Part shown: positions 39,352 to 47,900 of the stretch, piece after piece
Layout: every line of letters begins with the position of its first letter
How positions within the stretch are numbered: position 1 is the first letter of the stretch
IMG/VR virus record: IMGVR_UViG_2648501152_000001
Location: 21,132-85,131 of that record
Source: a virus
Lineage: Duplodnaviria; Caudoviricetes
Reading direction: 5' to 3' (one strand)
Length of the DNA stretch: 64,000 nucleotides
Translations under genes and position numbers: made by a program
The notes under the pieces: generated by a model
Databases searched by the model: none
What the model saw: the letters and a program-made list of their open reading frames with translations, nothing else
What the model was told of the DNA's origin: nothing

Positions 39352-39380
39352 ACAGTAACCAAGCATGCGGGTTCACGCAA
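39352..39380 (-). promoter_or_regulatory. promoter for the array/tas operon
   Basis: Minus strand TTGCGT-17-TACTGT. Confidence 0.65.
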
Positions 39381-39589
39381 CCCGTACAACGAAGAATCTT
39401 CGGATCAAGCCTCAGGCCTTTAATCGGCTTGACTCAAGGTGATAGACTTGATAACCGAGGCAGGGTTGTCCCCAAAACACCCCGCAATCCCCATGCCCCG
39501 AGTGGCATTCCCCGAACCCGCATTGCCCTGGTGGCGCGCGGGTTTTCTCGTTCCCGGCCCGGAGCCGGCTCCCGAGGAGACAACTTCAT

Positions 39590-40348
39590 ATGGCCGACGA
39601 AGCCACCCCGACCGAAACCACCGTCACAGAGACCGTGGCAGAGGACACCACCCCCGTTGCCGAAACCGCCGGCGGTGCTGATCAGACCGCAGAGAACACC
39701 GACAACACCACCCAGGTCGACACCCCCGAGGCAGAGACCGACACCCCCGCAGACGAACCCGAAGAGCGCACCTACACCAAGGCCGAACTCGACAAGGTCA
39801 AGCGGGAAGCACAGAAACTCCGCCAGCGCCTGAAGGACGAAACCGAGGCTGCCGCCAAGGCCGCTGCCGAGGCATCCGAAAAGGCCATTGCGGAGCGAAT
39901 CGGGAAGGCCCTCGGGCTCATCCCCGAAGAGAACGACCAGCCTGTCGACCCCGCCGTGCTCCTCGAGCAGGCCGCGGAGCGCGAAGCGCAGATCGCCAAC
40001 GAGCGTGACGCAGCCCGCGCCGAAATCGCCGCCTACCGGCTCGAACAGGCACTCACCAAGGCCGCCAACAATGTAGACGGCGACCTCGACATCCTCGTTC
40101 CCTACCTTCGCGGTACGGGAGCACTCGACAAGCTCGACCCCACTGCCGACGACTACAACGCCCAGGTGGCCGAAATCGTCACGCACGCAGTCGAAGCGAA
40201 CGCCAAGCTGGAGAAGGCGGCCCCGGTGGCTGCTCCTGCACGCAGCGGAGGCGACCTCAACGGCGGAACCGGCGCACCCAAGCGCGGACCCAAATCCGTC
40301 GAAGACTTCATCCGCGAAGCCCGCGAAAAGCGCGCCCGCGACCTCTGA
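39590..40348 (+). CDS. capsid scaffolding protein
   Basis: Acidic N-terminus, coiled coil, RSGGD near C-terminus; directly upstream of MCP. Confidence 0.85.
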   Translation: MADEATPTETTVTETVAEDTTPVAETAGGADQTAENTDNTTQVDTPEAETDTPADEPEERTYTKAELDKVKREAQKLRQRLKDETEAAAKAAAEASEKAIAERIGKALGLIPEENDQPVDPAVLLEQAAEREAQIANERDAARAEIAAYRLEQALTKAANNVDGDLDILVPYLRGTGALDKLDPTADDYNAQVAEIVTHAVEANAKLEKAAPVAAPARSGGDLNGGTGAPKRGPKSVEDFIREAREKRARDL

Positions 40349-40364
40349 CTCTTAGGAGACCATC

Positions 40365-41282
40365 GTGGTCAATACCTTTCTCACCCCTGACGTTATCGCC
40401 GCCAAGGCTCTCGCCACCCTCTACGAGAACCTCACCATGCTGCCCCTCGTCTACACCGACGTGTCCAGCGACTTCTCGCGCAGCAAGGTCGGCTCCGTTG
40501 TGAACGTGCGCAAGCCCGCCACCTTCACCGCGAACGAGTTCGATCGCGCCTCTGGCATCACCATCCAGAACGCCACCGAGTCCAGCGTCCCGGTCACCCT
40601 GGACAAGATCGCCGACGTGTCGTTCGCCGTCACCTCTGAGGATCTCACCCTGCACCTCGAGGACTTCGCGGCGCAGCTCCTCGCCCCCGCCACCGAAGCC
40701 ATCGCCCAGAAGATTGATCGGGACATCCTCGCCCTCAAGTCGAACGTCACCCAGGTTGCGGGCACCGGCACCGGCTTCGAGTGGACCAAGCCCGAGGCGC
40801 TGATCGAGGCGGATCGTCTCCTCAACATCAAGAACGTTCCCCCGTCGGAGCGCGCCGCTGTTGTTGGCCCCACCACGCGGGCGAACTGGCTGAACAGCGA
40901 CATCATCAAGTTCGCTGACAAGTCCGGCTCCACCGATGCGCTGCGTCGCGGTTCGATCGGTTCGGGCCTGTTCGGGTTCGATGCCTACATGACGCAGAAC
41001 GTTGCGCAGCCGGCTCAGTCCCCGGCGTCGGGTGAGCCGACCACCGAGGTTGGTGTTGCGTTCCACAAGACCGCGTTCGCGTTCGCGTCGGCTCCGCTGG
41101 CACTCCCGTCGGACACCGGCGAGTGGGCTGCCACCCAGTCCTACAAGGGCCTGAACCTGCGTGTCGTCAAGAGCTACGACATCTCGAAGAAGCAAGATGT
41201 GATTTCCGTGGATGTTCTCTACGGTGTCGATGTTCTGGATGCGAACCGCGCTGTTCTGCTGCGTGGCGCTCTCGCTGCCTGA
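40365..41282 (+). CDS. major capsid protein (P22 coat-like)
   Basis: NTFLTP..IA..AL, V.VRKP, AFHK.AFA, DVLYGV. Confidence 0.9.
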   Translation: MVNTFLTPDVIAAKALATLYENLTMLPLVYTDVSSDFSRSKVGSVVNVRKPATFTANEFDRASGITIQNATESSVPVTLDKIADVSFAVTSEDLTLHLEDFAAQLLAPATEAIAQKIDRDILALKSNVTQVAGTGTGFEWTKPEALIEADRLLNIKNVPPSERAAVVGPTTRANWLNSDIIKFADKSGSTDALRRGSIGSGLFGFDAYMTQNVAQPAQSPASGEPTTEVGVAFHKTAFAFASAPLALPSDTGEWAATQSYKGLNLRVVKSYDISKKQDVISVDVLYGVDVLDANRAVLLRGALAA

Positions 41283-41298
41283 TCCCCTTCACTAGCTT

Positions 41299-41332
41299 CC
41301 GCGGCGCCATGACTTCGGTTGTGGCGCCGCGG
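41299..41332 (+). terminator. terminator hairpin after MCP
   Basis: CCGCGGCGCCA...TTCG...TGGCGCCGCGG. Confidence 0.65.
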
Positions 41333-41347
41333 TTGTGAGGAGACATT

Positions 41348-41587
41348 GTGTCGTTTGTTTACCGCTATACGGGTTCCGATCAGGATTTGACGGTGCGTTC
41401 GGATGTGCGCCGCTATGACCTGGAGGAGTGGGCGTGCTGGGAGCGAGTCTCGGAGGCTGAGGTGAAGCCCGCCAAGGCTGAGCCTGTCGCTGTCGAGGCT
41501 GAGCAGCCGGTTGTGGAGGACAAGCCCGCAGAGGCCCCGAAGCGCCGCACCCGCCGCAAGCCCGCCGGCACCGAGGTTGAGGACTAG
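41348..41587 (+). CDS. hypothetical virion-region protein
   Basis: GAGGAG RBS. Confidence 0.55.
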   Translation: MSFVYRYTGSDQDLTVRSDVRRYDLEEWACWERVSEAEVKPAKAEPVAVEAEQPVVEDKPAEAPKRRTRRKPAGTEVED

Positions 41588-41590
41588 CCG

Positions 41591-42004
41591 TTGCTGGTCT
41601 ACGCCACGGTCGACGAAGTTGAAGCCTTCACAGGCGAACCAGCACCCGCCAATGCTGCGAAGTTGATTCGTACCGCATCCGGCATGGTTCGTGACATCAC
41701 CCGCCTCGCACGCTACGACACCCTCCCGAACGGTTTGCCCGAGGACGATGATCTTCGGCTTGCCATGTCGGAGGCGGTGTGTGCGCAGGTGGAGTCGTGG
41801 ACGGCGGCGGGGATCGATCCGGTGGCTGGTGTGGCTGGTCGTGAGGTTGCGGTGCAGTCGCAGTCCGCTGATGGAGGTTCGGTGACGTACACGAACCTGC
41901 CCAGCGCGGAGGAGATTCGGGCGGCTGTGTCGACGTTGTGCGATTTGTCGGTGTCGATTTTGCGTGATGCGGGTTTGGTGTCGACGAGGCCGTTGACGTG
42001 GTGA
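41591..42004 (+). CDS. head-to-tail adaptor
   Basis: YATVDE, A.CAQV; synteny. Confidence 0.75.
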   Translation: MLVYATVDEVEAFTGEPAPANAAKLIRTASGMVRDITRLARYDTLPNGLPEDDDLRLAMSEAVCAQVESWTAAGIDPVAGVAGREVAVQSQSADGGSVTYTNLPSAEEIRAAVSTLCDLSVSILRDAGLVSTRPLTW

Positions 42005-42342
42005 ATTATCCTGCCCGCACCTACCCGAATGGCACCGTGTTGACGGTGGTTAGGCGTGGTGAGGCGGACATTCACGGCGACCGCGCCACCGATTCGACGC
42101 ACACGATCGGTCCGTGTGACATCAAGTGGCTCAACACCTCGGAAGACACTTCAGAGGGTGAGCAGATCCAGATCAGCGGGCAGGTGACTGCCCCGGCTGG
42201 GTCGGATGTGCTGTCCACGGATGCGATCACACACCCGGACGGACGCAAGTTCCGGATCGATGGGGAAGTAACCATCCTGGCGCCGAATCCGTTCACCGGG
42301 TGGGCGACCGGAGTGCGGTTCGTGATCGTTCACGCGAGGTGA
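41998..42342 (+). CDS. head-to-tail stopper
   Basis: Synteny; D.I..PDG..F.IDG...NPFTG. Confidence 0.7.
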   Translation: MVNYPARTYPNGTVLTVVRRGEADIHGDRATDSTHTIGPCDIKWLNTSEDTSEGEQIQISGQVTAPAGSDVLSTDAITHPDGRKFRIDGEVTILAPNPFTGWATGVRFVIVHAR

Positions 42343-42345
42343 ATC

Positions 42346-42645
42346 GTGGACTACGACGCCACCGGGAATGATCTGGACGCCTACCTGCACGACTCGGACG
42401 AGTTGCGTGCGTATGTGCAGGAAGTGTGCGAGGTCGGCGCCGATATTTGGTCGGTCCGTTCTGTGTGGCGTACAGGGTTTAACGCCACCCATATCAGGGC
42501 GTATACGGATAGGGATCGCGACGGCGACATGATCGGCGTTATCGACGCGTGGGGACACTACGCCCGCTACCGCGAGCACGGCACCCGCTACAACCAAGCC
42601 GAATCCATCCTCGCCGACTTCAAAGACGTTGTGGAAGGACTCTGA
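42346..42645 (+). CDS. neck/tail completion protein (HK97 gp10-like)
   Basis: RTG...YA.Y.E.GT motif. Confidence 0.65.
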   Translation: MDYDATGNDLDAYLHDSDELRAYVQEVCEVGADIWSVRSVWRTGFNATHIRAYTDRDRDGDMIGVIDAWGHYARYREHGTRYNQAESILADFKDVVEGL

Positions 42646-43019
42646 TGGCCTACCCCGACGCCGAAACCGTGGTGTGTGCCCTGCTGGCTGATATTGCGCC
42701 TGCGGTGACGTATCGGACGGAGAAGACCCCACTTCCGTACATTTTTGTGCGTCGTGTCGGCGGCTCCGAGGACGGCATCACCGACCGCCCAATTATGCGG
42801 ATCGAAACGCTCGCCGAAAACCGTGCAGCATCCAATGATCTCATGACCCAGGTTCGCACCCGCATCCTCAACGCAGCCTGCACCACCGCCGGCGGGGCGT
42901 TGATCGATGCCACCACCGAAGTTGCAGGCGGGCAGCAAGCTCCCTATTTCAACCCTGAGGACCGCAACATCGTGTCCTCCTACCGGTTTTCGTTCCGGCA
43001 CCTCCCCGGAACCCTCTAA
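42645..43019 (+). CDS. tail terminator
   Basis: YPDAE...P.I.VRRVGG; synteny. Confidence 0.75.
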   Translation: MAYPDAETVVCALLADIAPAVTYRTEKTPLPYIFVRRVGGSEDGITDRPIMRIETLAENRAASNDLMTQVRTRILNAACTTAGGALIDATTEVAGGQQAPYFNPEDRNIVSSYRFSFRHLPGTL

Positions 43020-43091
43020 CCACTTCTAACTGTTAGCCGGCCCGAACTGTGCGGGTTCGGCTCTTAGCCATACCCGCACAAAGGAGAAACT

Positions 43092-43760
43092 ATGGCTGCC
43101 ACCACGTTCGATGCGCTCGCCGACAAGAACGGCGACCTGATTCTCAAGCCGCTCAAGGGTGCAATCCTCATCGCACCCTACAGCACGGCGATTCCTCCCG
43201 CGTTCACCTCCGGTGCCGGTGCCGCCCTCGAGGAGCTGACCGGTTTCACGTCGCTCGGACTGATCTCGAAGGACAATCCGCCGCAGTTCTCCCCCGAACT
43301 GGAGACGCAGGATGTGGAGGCGTGGGGCGAGCTGGAGCCGCCCCGCACCGACATCGTGAAGCGCACCATGTCGGTGTCGTTTACGTCGCTGGAGACGAAG
43401 CGTGAGGTGCTGGAACTGTTTTCCGGTGTCACACTGTCGGCTGTTGAGGCGGATGCGACCACGCATGAGATCGCATACAACGATGCGACCACGCCGTCGA
43501 CCACCTACTACCGTCTGATCTTCATGTTCGTTGACGGTGAGGGCACGAACGCGAAGTACTACTTCAAGATCCTGCCGAAGGCGAATGTGACTGCGGTTGA
43601 GGCCCAGTCGTGGTCCGCGGACAGTGCCCTGACCTATGGGTTCACGGTTGCTGCGAAGCCCGACCCGGTTCTCGGCTACAACGTCCGCAATGTCATCGGT
43701 GGCCCCGGTATCACCACGCAGGTTGTTACCTCGATGGGCTTCACGGTGGCGACCCCGTAG
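43092..43760 (+). CDS. major tail protein
   Basis: AAGGAG RBS; SLGLISKD...WGE.EP.RTDI. Confidence 0.85.
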   Translation: MAATTFDALADKNGDLILKPLKGAILIAPYSTAIPPAFTSGAGAALEELTGFTSLGLISKDNPPQFSPELETQDVEAWGELEPPRTDIVKRTMSVSFTSLETKREVLELFSGVTLSAVEADATTHEIAYNDATTPSTTYYRLIFMFVDGEGTNAKYYFKILPKANVTAVEAQSWSADSALTYGFTVAAKPDPVLGYNVRNVIGGPGITTQVVTSMGFTVATP

Positions 43761-43779
43761 CAGTAGCTACGCCCTGATC

Positions 43780-43820
43780 GTGGGTGGCGGCGTGAGAATC
43801 CTGGCCGCGCCGCCACCCAC
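43780..43820 (+). terminator. hairpin after major tail gene
   Basis: GTGGGTGGCGGCG...CGCCGCCACCCAC. Confidence 0.6.
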
Positions 43821-43859
43821 TCCACTCATACAACTAGCCAGGGTTTCCAGGAGAACAAC

Positions 43860-44024
43860 ATGTCTGATTTCCCGAAGACTCTTGTCGATGCTGAGGGCCG
43901 CGAGTTTCTGGTCGGTAATGCCGTGGAGTGTGAGCGTCTGTTTCAGCTCGGCTACCGCGTGAAGACCGCCGTGAAGCCGGCCACGAAGGTTGAGCCGAAG
44001 GCTCCCGCCAAGGACGACAAGTAA
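43860..44024 (+). CDS. small hypothetical protein
   Basis: AGGAG RBS; MSDFPKTLVDAEGREF... Confidence 0.6.
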   Translation: MSDFPKTLVDAEGREFLVGNAVECERLFQLGYRVKTAVKPATKVEPKAPAKDDK

Positions 44025-44068
44025 CACCCAGCACCACACGTTCATAGTCAGCCAGGAGACCAGGAATC

Positions 44069-44473
44069 ATGACTGCCGCTAAGACCCCCAAGCCGATCGC
44101 CAAGGCCGAAGCCAAGAAGTCCCGCTGGGCGCAGATGCGTGACGAAGCGCGTGCCGCCGCCGAGGAGAAGCGCGCCGCTATTGCCCCCTACGAGTTCGAC
44201 GGCACCGAGCCTGCCACCCTCGTCTACCCCCCGGATAGCGTGGATCAGGTGACCGCGCTGGCGCGGCTGCTCGACTCGAAGCTCGGTATGCGTGACGGCG
44301 AAATCCGCGAACTCTTCGAAGCGTTGCTCGGCAAGAGCTTCGCGCCGATCTGGGAAGTCATCAAGGATGAGCCCGCCACTGTTCTGTGGCCGCTGTTCGA
44401 TGACATCAACAACCACTTCCAGGCTGTGCCTGCTGATGAGGTGGATGCGCAGGGGGGCGCCAACGGCTCGTAG
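44069..44473 (+). CDS. tail assembly chaperone (G)
   Basis: Between MTP and TMP; GGGGGG run near the 3' end. Confidence 0.8.
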   Translation: MTAAKTPKPIAKAEAKKSRWAQMRDEARAAAEEKRAAIAPYEFDGTEPATLVYPPDSVDQVTALARLLDSKLGMRDGEIRELFEALLGKSFAPIWEVIKDEPATVLWPLFDDINNHFQAVPADEVDAQGGANGS

Positions 44474-44922
44474 CCCTCATCGAGGTCTACGGGCCGGAGA
44501 TCGAATACGACCTGTTTGAAAGGGGCGTCGACCTACTCGATTTTTTTCGGGGTCGACGCCCCTGGTCGCAGTTTATGCGCCTGATCGAACGATTCCCCAC
44601 CGAATCCAAGTTCAAATCCGCGCTGCTCATGGACCCGGTGCGTGCCGAAGCACTAGCGCAACTCCCGGAACCTGAGGAGCAGGAGCAACCGCCGCTCACC
44701 CCTGAGGGGTACACGCGGGAAGTGTATTTGATGCTCTATCAAATCGACCTGCTGAAACAACTCACGTCGGTGATGGTGTCGGCGTTCGGTGGGAAACCGC
44801 CCGCGTTCAGACCGGAGCCGCGTCCGGTTACGGCGGAGCAGGCGATTCGTCGGCGGGTGCAGGCGGAGCGCGACAAGGCGCAGATGCGTGATGTTTTGTC
44901 CACGTTGGGCGTGGATTTTTAA
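44452..44922 (+). CDS. tail assembly chaperone GT extension (-1 frameshift)
   Basis: The -1 frame is open from the G6 run: RQRLVALIEVYGPEIEYDL...GVDLLDFFRG..PW... Confidence 0.75.
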   Translation, partial: GGRQRLVALIEVYGPEIEYDLFERGVDLLDFFRGRRPWSQFMRLIERFPTESKFKSALLMDPVRAEALAQLPEPEEQEQPPLTPEGYTREVYLMLYQIDLLKQLTSVMVSAFGGKPPAFRPEPRPVTAEQAIRRRVQAERDKAQMRDVLSTLGVDF

Positions 44923-44949
44923 GCCACATTTGAATACTGAGGTGAGACG

Positions 44950-47900
44950 ATGACAGCAGGGCCGTTTAACGCAGGGTCAGCTCATCTCGCGATCAAACCG
45001 CGTCTCGCCACGGACTTCCGTCAGCAGCTCCGCACCCAACTGCGTTCCGTCAACGTTGAACACAAAGTCACAATCAGCCCCGACCTGACCGGATTCCGGC
45101 AGAAACTCCAAACCGCAGTCAAGAGCGCCAAAGCGGAAGTCAAGGTCAATGTCACCCCCGACATGACCGGCTTTCGCACCAAACTCAACGCAGCAGTTCG
45201 CGGCACCAACGCACCCACAGTGAAAGTCCGGGTCGACCCCGATCTCACCGGATTCCGAACGAAACTCAACACCGCAATCCGGGCAGTCAACCTGCCCGCC
45301 GTCCGAGTGCGCGTCACCCCCGATCTCACAGGGTTCCAGGCAGCACTGCGCACCGGTCTCGCATCTAGCAACGCGAACGCGGTTCGTGTCCCTGTTGATG
45401 TGGACTTGACGCAGGCGCGCGCCCAGATGGAAGCGTTCCGCACGTGGGCCGGCATGCCGATCCACATCAACGTAGATATGGACACCGCCGGCGCGCACGC
45501 GCAACTGTCCGCGCTCATGGTGCAGGCACTCGGCCTGCAAGCCACATTAGCGCGGATGAACGTGTCCTCCGGTGTGTCAACTGGTGTGCGTGCAGCCACG
45601 TCCGCAATGGGGGGCTTCGGTGCCGCTATCGGTGCCGCCAAGTTCGGTTTGATGGCACTGGCTGGCGTGTCACTGGTCCCGCTCGTCGGGCAGTTGGTGC
45701 AGGCAGCCGGGGTAATCGCCCTTCTCCCCGCGATGGGCGCTGCTGCTACCGCATCACTTGCCACGGTCGTTGTGGGTTCCACAGGCATTGTGGATGCGTT
45801 CAAGGCTGCTGGCGACGCGTCCGATGATGTGGCGAAGAACGCTGCATCGAACGCGAAGAAGCAAACGGATGCTGCCCGGCAAGTTGAGGACGCACAGCGG
45901 GACGTTGGGGATGCCTACGACAATGCGGCGCAGACCGCGAAAGACGGCGCCCGTCAGATCGCGTCGGCTGAGCGTGGTGTGCAGGACGCGCAGAAACGTT
46001 CGAAGGCTGCGCAGGAGGATTTGACGCGGGCGCGTAAGGATGCGCTCGAACAGATCGAAGATTTGAACCTGGCACTCAAGGGTTCCGCGATCGACGAAGA
46101 GGACGCCCTCATTGCGGTGGAGCGGGCGCGGGAACGCCTCGCTAACCTCGGTAAAGACGGCGACCAGGTCACCATCCTGGACCGCCGCGAAGCGGAAAAC
46201 AACCTGCGTGGCGCATTGCAGCGCGTCGATGAGGTCCGGGAACGCAACGCCGATCTCCGCAAGGAAACCGAAGCCGCCAACAAAGCTGGTGTAGAGGGCT
46301 CGCAGCAGGTTGTGGCCGCCAAGGAAGGCGTTGCAGAAGCCATCCAGGGCGAGAAAGATGCGCAGGAGAACCTAGCGGTCACACACGAAAATGTGGCGCG
46401 ACAGAACGCGCAGGCGCAACGCCAGATTGAAGACGCACTCCGCCGGGTGGCGGACGCACAGGCAAACCAGGCAGAAGCACTCGCCGAAACATCAGCTGCC
46501 GTCGACAAGTACAATCAGGCACTCGCGAACCTGTCGCCGAACGCCCGCGATTTCGTGGAACGCACCCGCGAGTTGGGTGACGCATGGGGTGCTCTACGCA
46601 TGTCGGTGCAGGATTCCCTGTTCGACGGCATGGGCGCCAAGATGCAGGAACTCGGCGGCAACTACATTCCGATCCTGACGAGTGGCTTGACGGGTCTTGC
46701 TGATGTGTTGAACGGTAAGATGCGTCAGGCGATGGATTGGTTGAACGGCACCGAAGTTCAAAACGATATTTCGGCGATCCTCGACAACACTGCGGAAGCG
46801 CTCGGGCCGCTGCTCAACGGGCTCGGCAATCTTGGTCGTGCCCTACTGGACATTGCCACGGTTGGTTCGGAACTACTGCCTGAGGTTACGGGGGCGTTCG
46901 AGGACGGCACCGAGTCGTTCGCAGACATGATCCGGCGGATGCGTGACGACGGTTCGCTCGAAACATTCATGCGCGATTCGATGGATGCGTTCGCGCAGAT
47001 TTGGCGGATCGTCAAGAATATCGGCGGGATTGCCTCGAACCTGTTCACCGGGTCTGATGATCTCGGCGAATCGTGGCTCGACAGCATCGAAAAGGCCACC
47101 GAACGGTGGAAGGACTTCCTCGGCACGCCCGAAGGCCAGGAGGAGATCAAAAAGTTTTTCCAGGACGTGAAGGACGTTGTTGACGGGATCGTTGCTGCGA
47201 TCAAGTTCGGCGCCGGTTTGCTCGGAACGTTCCGCGGTGCCGGCGATTCGAATCGTGGCGGCGATGATGGTGAAGGTGCGCTCGTTCCGGAGCAGTTGCC
47301 TCCTGGGCAGGCACGTGAAGCCGGCCAGGCCCGCCAGGTGTGGGATGCTGCCGACAACTCTACGGGATTCTGGGGTAAGACTGCTCGTGGTTTCAACTCG
47401 CTGTTCGGGTTCAACAATGAAACCGACTCGTACGACGGCGGAATGTGGAACCCTGGAACCGAGGGGTCACTCGCAAACCGCGTCAAGGGCCATTTCACCG
47501 AGATGGGACGCGAGTGGGACGTTTTCACAAATTGGATTCAGTCCGGCTGGGATGACCATATCGGCCCTGTGTTCACGTCGATCGGCGAAGGCACAGCGAA
47601 CATCAGTGGTTGGTTCGTTGATCGCATCCGCACCAGTTCGGTCAATTCGTGGAACTCGCTGCGTGACGCGGTCACTGACGGCTGGGGCACTATCCGCACC
47701 AACTGGGAGATCCTTCGCACCGAAGGTTTGGGTGGTCTCGCGAACGAGTTCGTTTCGAAGATCACTAACGGTGCTGTCACCACGTGGCAGGAGTTGCCGT
47801 CCGCGATCGGCGAGGGTGCCCGCACCATCATCGACGAGCACTTCCCGTGGCTCGGTTCCGCGCTCGACACGCTGGAGGGCGTGTTTCAGCGTGGCGTCGA

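Noticed and set aside
39831-39847. Possible self-target TGAAGGACGAAACCGAG for the unit with spacers TCAAGGACG/TTCGGTTTC
   Set aside because: Needs two mismatches and a 1-nt overlap of the half-sites; plausible by chance; no exhaustive search could be run
45070-45345. Repeated CCCGA(C/T)CTCACCGG-like DNA as a separate repeat element
   Set aside because: Explained by PD(L/M)TGF protein repeats in the tape measure N-terminus
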